A stretch of DNA of 64,000 nt from Rhina ancylostomus (GCA_030265395.1 JARFYF010000046.1:22641710-22705709), one strand, 5' to 3'. Counted from the stretch's first letter, positions 25,201 through 40,200 are shown. A program made the numbers and translations. The notes: generated by a model from the letters alone, not told the origin.

Positions 25201-28200
25201 CAGATCATTCAGAATACTTTAACGGTAAGTACAAGAACAAACAACTTAAGTTTGCATCTTCAGTATAAATAAAGTTCATACAATTTAGTGCTTTCTTTTA
25301 ACAAACTATGTAAATATGTAATCACAAACATAAATTTTTGTGTGGTGCATGGGTATATACGTACTTGAAGTGTTTAGATGCTCAGTTAAGGGATTCAAAT
25401 GATCTGTCNNNNNNNNNNNNNNNNNNNNNNNNNNNNNNNNNNNNNNNNNNNNNNNNNNNNNNNNNNNNNNNNNNNNNNNNNNNNNNNNNNNNNNNNNNNN
25501 NNNNNNNNNNNNNNNNNNNNNNNNNNNNNNATCACCAAAATTTATTCCTCTGGAGATTTCTTCAAGGCAAAAATGCAGCAGTGGCAATTTTGATTCTTAA
25601 TATAGTGATGAAGCTTCTGTACAGTGAACGGTATTTTATCGTCTGTAGTATTATGATCGTAACTGAAAAGGTGCGAAAACTAATCTATGAAAATTATGAC
25701 AATGAAGTACAGCTGTTTATTTTAAATGGTTAGTCACAATTGTACATTGCTTTTACTGTAGGTAAACCTGTCCATGTTGCTGCGATATACATTGCAAATA
25801 ATTGGATCTATCGTTCTCATGTTTGTCGTAAGTCCGGCATTGACTGGAGTACTCCTTGCATCTGTTCCAGTTGTAGCAATTGGAGGAGTGCTTTATGGTG
25901 AGTTCAATTTCAGCCTCAATCTGTACGTTCTTTATTGGAAAGAGGAAACATTGGCCTACACTCACATGTGGAAGCTGTAGTCAACTATTGTGTTTATCAT
26001 TTCTCTATTATACTATATTTAAAAAAAAGGTGGTAGTTTCTTTTCCTGTAATTTTTATGCATTTTAATGCACTGTTTTTAAATGTTTCACCTGCAATACC
26101 CCAGTTTTCACCTGATTTTATTTCATAGACCTCCATGTAGGTTAATGCTACTGTTCCCTCCAGTTACTACAGGAGGAAGATCACCATTTGGCCATGACCT
26201 TATCCATTGTTACTCCTAATTCTTTGTTCCATGCAGACTAAAAAGTATTCACAGCACAAATAGATCATTTGGCCCAGCAGATCCATTATATACCTATAGT
26301 ATAAAGAGCCTTCTCCCTACCTTGCTGCATCTAATCCAATTCAATACATCCCTCTATCTCCATCTCCCTCCTTTTTTTCTTAATTTCTTATTAAATGCAT
26401 CCATGCCTTGAATAGTCCTTGTGATAACGAGTTCTACATTCTAACTACTTTCTGGGTAAAGAAGTTGCCCCAGTGTTCAGGCTTTTGCATTTATTAGTGA
26501 TGGAAGGTTGGGCCATAAATAGAAGACTGACTCTTTATGACTAATCAAATCTGCAGATGCTGAAATTGCTGGAATAATACTCAGCAGGTCAGACAGCATC
26601 TGTGGAAAGAGAAGCAGTTAACATTCCAGGCCTGTAACTCCCTATGCCCCCTTTTCAAAAGAAAGCCCCCAGCCTGTTCACTCCTTGTCAAAAAATGAAC
26701 CCCAACTTTCAGTTCTATGTTAAATGCTGTTGTAAGGATAAAGACGTTCCAAAGAGAGAGGTGGTCCATACTCACTTTGTTTAAAATCCAGGAGTTCAGC
26801 CTCAAAATATCAGTTATCTCTGATCTGTTTTGCTGATTATCTTCTGTAGCCGAGCAGAATTGTTACTTGTGTCTCTGCATGAGTGTATTTTCATAAACCC
26901 TACTAAACTAAAACCTTTTTATCCACAAATTAGCTTGATTTTCTTTACACAGTTCTCCAGTAGGAAGAAATATGGCATTATAAAACATGGCACATTTTTA
27001 TTCTATGGAAATACTGTAAACATCAGTTGTAGGAACTTGTTTCTGGATTTATTCTTTTCAGCTTCATTAAGGATTTGAAAATCTAGTTTTCTGGTAGGAT
27101 ATAATTAGTCCATGGTGTGCTTCAATCAGTATTTTCCAATAATTAAAATACATTAATCAAACAAAAGACTGAAATCCTATTGCATATTGAAATATTTTTA
27201 AAAAGACAAGTTGTAATAATTGGTTGTCAAGTATTTTGCATATGCTTAGTAAATGCTCATTCCTCAAAATGCTGATAACATTGTTTGGTTTATGCTGATT
27301 ATCCAGGGGAATTTGTGAAGAGACTATTTCTAACATTCGTACTGTGAGAACATTCTGTAGTGAAAAGAAATCTGAAGAACTGTATGGCAAAGGAATAGAT
27401 AAGAGCTATCAGATTGGGAAAAAGTTGGCTCTGGCAGAAGGTATTGTTCCATGCTTAATGAATTTTAAACAACTTGGGTTGTAGTAAATATGTTTTATTC
27501 CAACTATATATTAGGATGTCCTGTTTTACTCCAGCTTTTTGTATCCATCTACCATTTAATTCATTTTTCTTTTGGGATGGTGGGAAGAAATGCTATTGTT
27601 AAGAGCAGCAAATGATAATGCAGTGCATTAAGACATCTTATTTTGTTTAGCCTAACTTCTATGGCTGGTGAAATCAAGAATAAAATTGACAATGTTTGTT
27701 CAAAAACTTTCAAAAATTAAAGATTAAAGGTCAGAATTTTTGAAAGTTGTGATTTGCATATCTCTACAGGATATTTTATTTCAGGAATGCCATGAATTAA
27801 GAAATTTGGTCTTGTTGTTATCGTGTTGTTTTTGGGAACTTGCTACATACAAATAGCTTATAATTCAAGCATCGTTTCGGAAGTACATTGATTTACGGCA
27901 TTGAGAAAAGCACAATATAAACATAACTATTCATCTTTCTTTGATCATTGTTTGTTGTTTTGCATTCCATCGTTGACAAAAATGCCCTGCATTGCTACTG
28001 ATTTTGCATTTAAAAGAAAAAGCATGACAGAGGGAAAGATCTGCTGGGATCCACCCAGATCTGCTGCCAGATTAGTCTAACTGGGCTGATCCTGACTGTA
28101 GACAAGAGTGCTGGCCTGGGGACATCTTGATGCTGCCAGCTTCTGTGGATTTCCTAGCTCCAAGGCTGGGGAACTGCCTGCTCAGATTGTATTAGGTTGG

Positions 28201-31200
28201 ATCTGGGTCAAGAATAATAATGCCAGTAAAATGAAGGGGAGTTGGTTACTGGGTGGAAGGTAGATTATAGCCTTCCTTTTGATTTTTAAATTACAAAATA
28301 ATATTTTTCTTTTTGTGTATGTTTTTTCAGTAGGATTTTTAAATATAACTCTTTTCATCCACGTCGAATAATTTTGAATGTGGTGAAAGATATTTACAAG
28401 TGGTCCATAATTTTGACATCCAGTGAATCTGTGGGCAAAGCCTCGCCAGCTGTCTTAGCCATTCAGTCAGTCAGCTGTTTAGTTACACTGGCTTAGATCC
28501 TCCTCCTGCACCATGTTAGGCTGAGCTATATGGATGTACTGAGAACTAAATTTCCCAACAGAGAACTGCATCCATGAGTACTCTGGAAGAAGAGCATGGT
28601 CTAGGGGCAAGTGGTCATATTTTCTCTCAAACTAATTTGCTCTCGGAATTACCATCATGCCAGTTAAAGTTGTGTCCCATTTGTGGGAGAGGTAGGCTTT
28701 CTTTGAAATATTTACAGGTTATGCCTTCTATATCCATATTTGTGCAATTGCAGTGTTTTTTAAACTTGAAGCTACTGGTGAATAGGACCATTTGACAAAA
28801 CATAATTCACTCTGGGAATGAGCCCATTTTTCTGACAAGATTTGGGTAGATTGAGTACTTCTAGCTAACTATCTCACTGGTAAGAGATGACGTGCTCTTC
28901 TTGAGAAAATTGAGTGAAAATTTGTACTTCAATGAAATCCATTTTCAAAAGATAATACGTGATTACAAATTTCCATTGGTCACAAGGAAGGACTTCTAGT
29001 CAAATGAATTGTTAACTTGACAAGTTTATGATTTGTTAATTCTGTGATACATCCAATCAATTTTAGAAATTTTCATCCTTGTTTTAACTGCATAGCCTTT
29101 CCTCTTTTCATTGGTAATCTCCTCCAGTTCTGAAAATATCTGAAATCTCCTTTTCCTTAAAACTGGCATCTTATTTATTCCTGAGATTTCCACTTGATCA
29201 TTCAGTTGCCTGGGCATTTAGCTATGGAATCCCCTCCCTTAATCTCTCCACCTCTCCTTTTAGGGTGGCCTTAAGAATCTATTTTCTTTTCACTAGTTTT
29301 GGTCATCTGTTCTTAAGTAATTTGGTGTCAAATTTTGTTTGGCGTGGTACCTTATTGTTGCAAGGATGCATGAAATCAGTAACTGTATTGTTGACACTGT
29401 ATAAATGAAGTAATATTTATAGTACTTAAAAAAACAAATGTGTCAAAAGTTCAAAGCTTTGGAGGTATTAGTTCATTTTAGGCAGTAAATTAATATTAAC
29501 AAAATTAATAGAATACTATTAGCATTAGTCATTCTGCAAAATGTGAGAAATGACTTACTGATGAACATTGTTCCAGACATACATACCAAGTATATCCTTT
29601 TCTGTTTGACCATTGGGTTCAAAGCTGGCAGTTTTATTTTTATTTTCTGCTAGTCGATATTTGTTTTAATAGTTTGCTGCACACTAAGATGCTTTTGTGG
29701 ATACAATTTACAAATTTGCTGTCTGATATTTTCTAACTTTTAAAACTTGTCAGTGGGCTACAAGCAATAGAATACATGTGCCGATATCTTCACATGTGTA
29801 TGGTATGATAAACAGCAAGAATTGAAACGGCACCATCTTCACAAAAAAAATGTTTAGCAACTGTACTTTTTGGTAGTAGGACAAATGCCAGACAAACTAT
29901 ATTCACCATGATGGAGACAAGTTTACAACACTGATAGCTTTCTGACTTCATACTTCTGCTGGGGAACCTCACCAACTGGAAACACATATTAAACATTTGG
30001 CAATGTCTGTCTATCTTTGCAACAATTAAATCATTAAATTACAATGTTGACATGAATTTTAAATGCATGACCTCTGGAAGCAAATCACAGTCTCCCTTAG
30101 CATTATTAAAGATCACATTGTCATATTGTAAACAAAGATCAAGAAAAGTACTTGTGTTTTTAAGACCTTGCATTCTTCAAAGCAATGAGTCATTTGTACT
30201 AAATCCTGATATAAAAATTAATTTCTGAGATTTTTAATGTATGAATACTTGATGTTGCAAAGTTGTTGAAACAGATGTGCGGAGAAGATCCCANNNNNNN
30301 NNNNNNNNNNNNNNNNNNNNNNNNNNNNNNNNNNNNNNNNNNNNNNNNNNNNNNNNNNNNNNNNNNNNNNNNNNNNNNNNNNNNNNNNNNNNNATCCCAA
30401 GTAAAGCCAAGTTTATTGGGCTTTGATTCTAAAGGATCAAGATTTAAATTTCAAAACTACATAGTAAGAAGTTAATTGGAATAAATCATTTTGCTAGTTG
30501 CATGGTGTATTAATTGACTGAAGCCACTGCATGATACAGAAAGGCTTTTTAAAAATACTGACACTATTACTTTTGTAATATGTACCCAAATCTATCAGTC
30601 TCTGCGTTACAGGATAAAGTTTATTTTTCAGGCAGTTCAACTATAGTTGCACTTGCCCATAAATGTTATGGTTAGTATTTTTATTGTGATACTCAACCAC
30701 TTTTTTGATTGATTCATGTATTTTTTGGGAGTTATCTCATTGTTAATTTTGAGGAGTAAATTTCCATGTTGCTCTTATTTTGTTTAATTCAAGGGACTGA
30801 ATAATAGTTTGTTTGAATCCAGATATGATGTTTTTTTACTTTGTATATTTTTAGGGTCCTTCAACGGGCTGGTGCTAACTATCTCACAGGTAAGAGATGA
30901 CTTGCTGCTCTTGAGAAAATTGAGTGAAAATTTGTACTTCAATGAAATCCATTTTGAAAAGATTATACATGATTACAAATGTCCACGTTTTTGCTTTTCA
31001 TCCAGTCCCAATTTGTGTCTAACAAATGCAGCAGAAGTTCATCTGATTTACAAGGTCATCTTGGAGTTAAAGTATGAATGTATATCACTCTTGATGGAGG
31101 AGAACAGGAACAAATACAACCTAATGTGAGACACATTTTTCAAAAGCAAGTCTGATGTTGCCAGTAGCCCAGACCTTTAAATGATAAATTATGCTTAACT

Positions 31201-34200
31201 GATTTATTTATTAAGCAGTCAAAAAGACCACAAGTTAAACCACAATCCTTATTGGTGTTGAATAGCTTGTATCCGGATTCCCATGATGGTGTGTCTGTTG
31301 TGTAAGGGTTCCAATTAATGAAGGCTTACAAATAGAATGAAATAGCGTGATTCATAATTCAGTATGAGAATTTGTCAGACTTTGGACTGAAGCCACAAAA
31401 TAACTGCCCTGTGGGGCTATTGGTCTTAAAAACACTTGAGCTGCCTATAGAATGGAATTACTCAGTTGCTATTGTCTGCAAAGTTATTGAGCATTATGAA
31501 GCCATTCAAGGTTTTTTGTAGGATCTTGAATGTACCAAGATTTGAGTTTTGGATTTGTTGACTTGTTAACCATTGAATGTGAATTTTAAGCTTGATGACT
31601 GTGAAAGTGTACTAAATCCATCCTTTTGGTATTTTAAAAAAATGATTCTTAAGGAATGCACCATCTCAAAAGTTCTGGCTTGTATTGAGACATTCTTTTG
31701 CCTGGATCCAGTATATATTCAGCAGATTGCATGTGGTTTTCCCTTGCATGTGCTTTGCTATAACTGAACAAGTCTAAATAGTTATCTTTTTTACTGCAAA
31801 AATAGTGGGAGGCATGGGTACATCACAATACCTACGGAGAAAGAAAACTATCCTACAAGCAGGGAGAATCAGAAAATATTAACCTTTTAATTAACTTTGT
31901 GAAGGTAATCATCAGTAGTATATCCCTCGTGTTCTTTAAGCATCATGGTGTATATTATTTCTCCTTATCTAAGTATTTTCTTATGCTCCCAGCCACATTT
32001 TTTTCTGAGCTGTGGCAGGCTGGCTTGTGTTGATTCATTCCATATGTTGCATCTGTTTTTAGACTAAAGAACTGTAGCTAGTTGTCAGTATCTCAATCAA
32101 CACTTCTGCATTGTATGTGACTGGATGCTCATGCACAGATGTGCTGTCTACACTGTAGCTTTATTTTCTGTATTAGTTGCCACTGTTGTAACCCTTTAAG
32201 TATGTACTTGATGTAAATGAGAACTCGGTTATTTTGAATGGATTATAACCGAAAAGTTTAAGAACCTGTTTGTTTTTTCTGATATTGTTATCTATTAAGC
32301 CTTCAATCTTATTCATGTATGAAGTGGTTTAGTATATTTGATGTGCTGTTCATATTTGGTATCTATTTTCCTACTTTGGATTGCCAAAGAAAGTTTTGCA
32401 AACACCCTACAACTGTTTTCAGTCTTATGTTATTTCTCATTAACATCTAATTTTCTTAAAAATTCTGCTGTAAGATTTTAATTCCATGCCTTGTACAGAA
32501 TTGACTTTAATTTCCTCTACTTTGCCAAAATACTGCTATCCTTGCCTTGAATGGACAAAGGACATTCTAATTTTAAAGCAGGATAAAAGCTGCATATGTT
32601 GATCCAAGCTGGATTGGTGTGAAGTTTTGTTGACAGTCTTAGCACTGCAGGGTTCCTGCTTCTAGTATCTCTTTCTGGAAGTTTGCATTGGCGTGATCAG
32701 ACTTGATTGTGATGCTCCTCATGGTTCCATTTTTTTTGCCAATCCCTTGGGATGGAGGGTGAGTACCTCTATAGCCCTTTTGAGTTCTGAGCATGCCAAT
32801 GAGGTTGGGCTACCCAGACTCTGACAAAGGAGTAGGAAATGCTTGATGAGCTGGAGTAATCAGTGCATTGGGAGGTGATGCTCTCCTTCTACCATTTTCA
32901 CTTCTGCATTATTCCCAAAAATGGATGGTTTTCCAATGACAACTTGAATGCACTGCATCAGCAATAATGTTATTAGATGGCAGAGCAGGCTTAAGAGGCC
33001 ATGCGACCTTCTGTTCCTAATTCATATGTCCTTTTGTGATACTGGTCCAGTGGTTTGAGGTTCCTTCTATGGGTGGTCCATGTTTCAGAATAACACAGAA
33101 GAACAGCAATTACTGCTGCCAAGTAGAGCACGAGTTTTGTGCCACATTTGAGGTTTTGTTCTTAGACAATCAAAGATTATACTGGCACACTGAAGTTGAT
33201 GAATTTCTTTTATATCTGCCTTGATGTAGACCTGGTTATTTACAATTGTCATGGCCCCTTATTGTCAGGCTGTAATGCTGTGCAGCAGGGGCAGGTAGAA
33301 ATGGGACCTCCTGGTTTGTAAGTGTTTAGTTTGCAATTCCCTCGTATCCTTAACTGACGAATTTGACAATGTCTTGGAGTTCTGTCTCCACAGCTGTCGT
33401 TTGCATGTTGCAATTCTGACTAAATTTGAAATGACCGTGCTTCTGGAGTGGAGATGATATCCATATAGGACCTTGGTGAGGCCATACTTGGACTATTGTG
33501 TGCAGTTTTGACCTTCTTGCCAAAGACACAATTGCTGTGGAGGGAGTGCCACAAAGATCACAAGACTGTTTTCTGGGACTACAGGACTGTCATACAGGAG
33601 AGATTGGGGTCAACAAGGCCTGCATTCATTAGAGTGTAGAAGAATGAAAGACCACATTGAAAAGGTTAACATTCTACAGGGTGTGACAGACTATACACGG
33701 AGAATATTTCCCTTGGCTTGGGTGAATGAAGATGGGGATATAGTTGTGGACAAGAAAGAAGGGTCATGGTCTTAAGAGATGGGGTAAGGCATTGAGGACT
33801 AAGAGGAGAAATCTCTTCAGTTCAAGGGTCATGGAAATCTCTAGTGCAGACGATCTGAGACCACCTCTGCTCTGTGGACATAAAGCTGTTGGTGTGCAAA
33901 CTCTCTCTTGCTGTCATTTTCACAATGTGAAGAGTGGGATCAGCAATGTGTGCAAGTGGGTGTGGGTGCAGGTACAGGCCTGCTGGCTGCTCCTTTCACC
34001 CCTGCCCACCCACCTCTTGACTCTTTATCCTCCTTGTCCTTGAATCTCCTCTCCTTCAGTGTTCCACCACCGTACCCTCTCCTTCCTCAGTCTCTCTGCC
34101 TCTAACTCTTACTCTCCAAGGTGTCCATTATTAAATAGCCTGCTGATGTCAGTGTCAAGAACTGCACTTGAATAATGGCTATTTTGATGAGTCATGAAAG

Positions 34201-37200
34201 ACCTATTTGTGTATTCTGTCAGCAAGAAAAACTAAAACAGGCAAGGTGGAGACAAAAATGTATTAATTTTTGGTATTTATTAGACAAAATAGCCTAAAAT
34301 ATGATTGTAAAATATGAACTTTGTTTTGGTGTTTGCCAATAATACATTGTGAAAATGACAGCAATTTTGGGATTTACATGCATGTTAAGTTTAAAACAGA
34401 AATTCCAAAGTTGCTGTCAGTGATTCAGCCCTCTTCTACTAACTATATTTTGCAGACTTTACCAGAATCTAGAGGTGATTTGCTGAGAACTTGTGTTATT
34501 TATGATTTGATCTCATTGCAAAATATCATAAATATTCTGTTACGAGGTCACAAATTAATTTTAGATAACATATTAAATTATAATTACTACTTGACACCTC
34601 CTTTGATCCTAAAAATGTAATGTTTTGTCAGCGGATTGTAATTTCCTCTCAAATATTGCGAAGTTTTGTAATGGATTTGAAAAATTCAACTTTAGAATAT
34701 TTAATGTGTACAAGCCCACCCTTAGTTTTATTTGTAGGTTCCAATATTTACTTGGAGTCTGTAAAATCTTTTTCTTTAAATAAAAAGTGACAATTTCTTC
34801 TGCTTCCCCCCCCCCCCACCCCATTTCCCTGTGTTCTCCCGGTTGGGTTCCTTAATCTGCTATATAGGCAACATGGATAATATCACTCTTGATGTACTAT
34901 GGGAAACCACAGTTTCCTTGAACTGATACATGACAGCAGCTAATGTCAGGAAAGAAAAAATCTATACAACTGGGCCCTAGATCTTTTTTGGACAACCTCT
35001 TTTGGAGGTCAGCAGCAAGTGCCTTTGCTTCACCACTGTATGCAAGAATCTGACCATAAATTGCTCTTACTAATATTCACTGGTACATTCAAGAAAATTG
35101 TAGCTAATGTATATTTTGTAGTCTTGACAAAGTAGCTTTTTTCTTGCAGAACATCACTGTTGTGGGGAAGATCCTTAAGCTCAGCATTAATCATGGAATT
35201 GTAAAGTTCAAAATTTTTAATACATTGCATCCAACTGTGTTAGCTCTGTGCTTCTGCAGAAGTGTCTAGTATGCCAGGGAATTGTGTTCTATTCTTACTT
35301 TTCCTTTTAGTGATGTTTTTTCAATTTATCTTCAGTTGACAACTCATCAGCCATCAGAAATAATACTTGGTCTTTATCCCTATAATATTTTGTCATACTT
35401 CTACATGATCTAATGCTTATTTTCTCTGAGTTAATAACCTCTGAATTAATGAAACTGCTTTGGGGTATTCTGAAGATTTGTCTACTCATTCTAGTTTTCC
35501 CTGTTACTGATCCATTGCTCAATAAAATCAGGCATCCAAAATTGAATGCATCATTCTAACTTGAATACAACTAGTCACCTCTGCTTTTTATAAGCATTAA
35601 TCAACTTGTGGATATTGTTGGCAAGGCTGATTGTTTATTCGATTATTGCTATTTTTAAAAATGGTATAATGTCCCTCAGGTGTGGTCTCACCAGGACGTT
35701 TGTTGTGGTAAGGCATCTTTAGTCTTGTGCAATGTTCATTACATATGCAATAAACCACTGTTATGCACCTAGATATTTAGGGATAACAATTATTAAGAAA
35801 ATATGTAATTTTGAGTGTTGATATATGAAAAAGGTTATGAAATTAAGCATTTCTATTTTGTTCACGCTGTATATGTTGAAAATATGTTTAGATCATGTAA
35901 TTTTTTTTAGAGCTTCATTTTACCTTTCCTACAAGCATTTAAGTTGGAGAAAAAATGAAAGGGGAAAAAACACTTCAAAAGTAAGAGAGTCTTTCTTACA
36001 ATGCAAGCTGTTCTGTACATCAAATGGCATATTGATGGAAACTTAATTGTAGTCTATTTGTTATGTATAACATTGACAGCCATGGTCACAGTTCAACTGG
36101 GGGGAAAGCTGAAGCACTATTGGTCTTGTTGCAGGGTTTTGATCCGAAATGTTGACCATCCCTTTGCTTCCAGAGATGCTGCTTGATGCACTGATTTCTT
36201 TGAGTAAAGCCAATTGTAGTATTGCAATTGTAGGCCCAGCTGGGAACAATAAACCTTGTCCTAGATCTTATTAGTGCTAGCCAGTAATGCTTTAACGCAC
36301 CAGGCTATCTGGGGAACTTTTGTTTTTTTTCCTTTTAAAATAGTGAGCAGTAAATATCTGTAGACAAAATTCTACTGATAAGATAGCATTGGTAGCAATT
36401 GTATAGTTTCATTCTGCCAGCAATTTTTTTTTGAGGTAGTCTACCATGAATTTGTGAAAAATTATTTCAATGTGGTGAACTTAAGATGTTAAGTAACAGT
36501 TTAGTTTCAGGTGAATTAGTTCAGACTGAACATTTAGCAGGAAGTTCTCGCCTTGTTGTCTTATGTTTAATTCACATTAAATGGTTCAAATTGTTTTTAC
36601 ACAAAGCTAGACTCTTAATTATCAAGAGCTAATAGTTAACCTGAGTAAATGCAGTTTGACTAAGGTTAGTCAAGGGAATCCTCTCAAATAGTTTGCTTTT
36701 ACAAAATCTTAGAGAAATATTCAATTTTTTCCCCAATGCATGTTTGCTGTATTTACATCTTGCCAGAGATCATTTTCTAGTGTGGCAATGTGCACACAGC
36801 GGAAAAAACAACCATTTTGCAGTATAGTAGCAGGGATGAGGTGGAGCTGTGTTGGAATCCACATGGGACAAGTTGGTGTTGGGTTCCAATGCAGCCTGAC
36901 CTGAGTATTTTCAGCATTTTCTGTCTTTATTAATGCAGCAAATCTTCTTTGGCGTTTGTACAGCAAACTAGTCGGGGAAATCCTTGCAATTATTTTAGAG
37001 GAGCTTTGGGTTTTATGGAATGAGGAGTTTTGATTCAAAGCAGTTGGTGAGATTATTTGACACTCATCCAAATTTAACGTTCAAATAAAGAAGACTTTTT
37101 AAAGAGTCTTTGGCCTCTGGCGTATTCTTCCCAAAAAAGTCAGTCAGGGTTTGCTTGAATCTTGTATCAATGACTTCCTGTGTCCTCGTAAGAAATAATT

Positions 37201-40200
37201 TTCATTGTCATTCCATCTTCACTGCAATTGGCAGTCACCTCTTAAACTAAACCTGTATCCCAACTATTCTCTATAGATTTGCACCTCCTGTAACCTGATC
37301 ACTGCATCACTTACCCATAATGCCATCTCCAACAACAACTTTGTATTGCTTTCCACCCACTTCCTCCTCCTCCTCCTCACTTCTCTCTCCACTTTTGTCT
37401 GTAGCAGCCCTGGACAAAAATTCTCTTTCAAAATGCATTTTCAAACTGTCATTTACGAGTTTTAGCCCTCCATTTGACACAATACTACTGCAGTCATTAA
37501 TCTATTCAGTCATCCACTCACCTTCATCCCAATGCATTTCTCCCAGCAGAACAACTTGCCATTTAGCACATCGAACTAGAACAGTACTGTACAGCACAGG
37601 AACAGGTCCTTCAGCCCACCATATCTGTGTCAAACACAAAGCCAAATTAAACTAAATCTCTTCTGCCTGCACATGATCCTTATCCCTCCATTGCATGCAT
37701 ATTCATGTGTCTATCTAAAAGCCTCTTAAACTCCACTATCATGTCGACTTTCACCATTACTTCAGTATTTCAGGCTATTGTTGGCTGCCACTCTGCTTTA
37801 AATTCAGGTGGCTAAGTCTTGAGTGTAGCTGATGTAAAGTAGTTTAGGTATCCAATACTGGATCTGGCTGGATCATATCAAGTATTATGGGACCTCCTAC
37901 TACCTTTTTAGAGTGGTAGAGGATATTTAGTAGGAGAATTGAAAATCCATTCAGCAACAAAGTGGAGAACAGGTAGTTTCAAGAGACGAGTCACTGAAGT
38001 CCTTTCTCTCCCAAATTGATTTTTATAAGCTTGGATCAATGATAATATATTTGAAAGGCAGTGCACAGGTACTTTTTGTTAATATTTTACAAGATCCTTC
38101 CAAAAAGAGACCGCTTATGTAAATGGACCAATCTATATTGTTTTAGTTCTCCATTGGATCACAAGTTCTGGGTTGGTGTTAAAGAAGGTCACATCTGGGG
38201 TTCCTCTTCAAAAAGCTGCCATAAAGTGGTATGTTATTGGAAGAGCTGGGAAACTTTCTGTGCTTTAATTGGATTGAAGGGTTGTCTTGAATTATCAAGT
38301 TTATTTTTAATGCTTCTGATTGTCTCAGTTGGTGAGATGCATTCTAGAGCTTATAAATGAAATCATTTGAAGATTTTAAATATTTTGATTTTTATTAAAT
38401 TAAATCACTTGAAAGGAATTTTAAACTGCATACATTATAGCAAGCATAAATGATTAGCAACTGCAATTTTTTGATTTTTAAAAATCTGAAATAAACATGA
38501 TTGCTGGAAATACTCATCAGGCTAGGTGGCACCTGTGGACTTATGATTTTACAGCTGCAAGAAGAAAAAAAGAACAAGTGAATGAAAATCATAAGTGAAT
38601 GAACTTCCCTTCTATAAGCTCAATCTAAACTAGCACAGCTTTCACAAACTGAACACTCCCCCCAAATGCTCAGGGATTCCAACATGTTTATGGCCATGCA
38701 GAGTTGAGCAGCAGAACCTAGACTTCTGCACTTGTGGCCTGAAGCCCTGAACCTGCTGCCACATATAGGGATAAATACTGTCAGTTACACGATGAACAAC
38801 ATGCTCACAACATATTTTCATTTAATCAAAATCCATCAAAAATTAATTCATTAAATTCCATCGACTGGTTTAGATGTTTACTGCATTGTTTGTATCCTCC
38901 AACAGTGTAGATAGAATTGTAAGTATTCTGTATTGCTAAAACTTTCCAAACATGTTACCTGTCATGATAATACCAGAGAATAAAAGAGAAAAATCCAGTT
39001 AAGTAATGCAATATTATCTCAGCTGTATAGCTCTTCCTTGTTTCAGAAAATTCCTTTTATTATAAGCATCCCCATAATGGTGCAGATAGCTTTCAGTAGC
39101 CCCTAACTTCTCTCCATTTGATCATTATTAACTTTTTCACTGCTTGTTTTAAATGTGGTTTTGTGTCTTTCTCATTTTGCCTCACTACATAACTGCTCAT
39201 GAAAATATAACCATCTTATTTTATGTCTTTGGTCAGGCTAAACTATTCTTTTAATTAGAAATTGAAGGAGACCCAGCAGCCTATCTTGTCTTGGTATTTG
39301 GATAAAACTGATCAAATACATACCCTAACCTAACCCTACCAAAGTAGAATAGTAATAACAGTAGGTTGTGAAGATTTTATTTTTGATATTTGGTTTCTAA
39401 TTAAAGTAATACAAATTTTAATGCTGCTGAAGAATTAGAAAGAAAATTTGCAATTGTATGCTGCCTCTCCTAAATTTTATTGAATAGATATCACTGTTAA
39501 TTTGTGTATATAGATATATTGGCCAATACACAGCAGAATAGATCAATGGCCAGTTGTTCTGTATTAATCCAAATACCAAAGATGGATAAATACGAAGGCA
39601 TTGGGAGAACTCCCTATGTCCCAAATAGTGCTTTTGGGTCATTCTCATCTAGCTACATGTTTCTTCCAAGGTGTAGTGTGGCATTGCAATGCTCCCTGAG
39701 TGTCATAATGAAGCATGAGCCTTGAATGGGGTTGGAATCCACAACGTGTAGACTCCATGCTGACACCAGCAGACCTTTATTGAAAGTGTTGAAAATGGAT
39801 ATCTTGAATACTTTGTTATGGAAATACTTTTTTTCTTTCAAGCAATAATTCAGAGCACTTAATTCTATTTCCAGACCAGTTTTAAGAAAAGTTGTAGGTA
39901 TACATATGTGGAATAAAATCAGAAAATTTGGAAATACTCAGCTGGTCAGGCTATAATTGTGGGAAGAGAAAGAGTTAATGTTTCAGTTCAAACCTCCATC
40001 AGAATGAATGTACAGTATATGTGGAGTTTAGTTATGGTGTTGGCAATTGCAATCAGCAGTATAAATCCACTGCTGATGACTGTGTTATCTCTGAATAGAA
40101 CATTATAAAAGAGAATTTCTTAAGCTGTCAATGAATTGTATGGTTCTGAATTATCCAGATAAGGTACGGCAAGAGCCTGACCTTGAACATTACAAGTCAC

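Noticed and set aside
25898-27306. Search for a missing small exon encoding the K..Q..LA.A segment
   Set aside because: The AG..GT candidates I tried hit stops or showed no ABCB similarity; an internal deletion in exon 9 fits better.
39323-39340. ccctaacctaaccctacc telomere-like sequence
   Set aside because: Only about three imperfect units; expected by chance.
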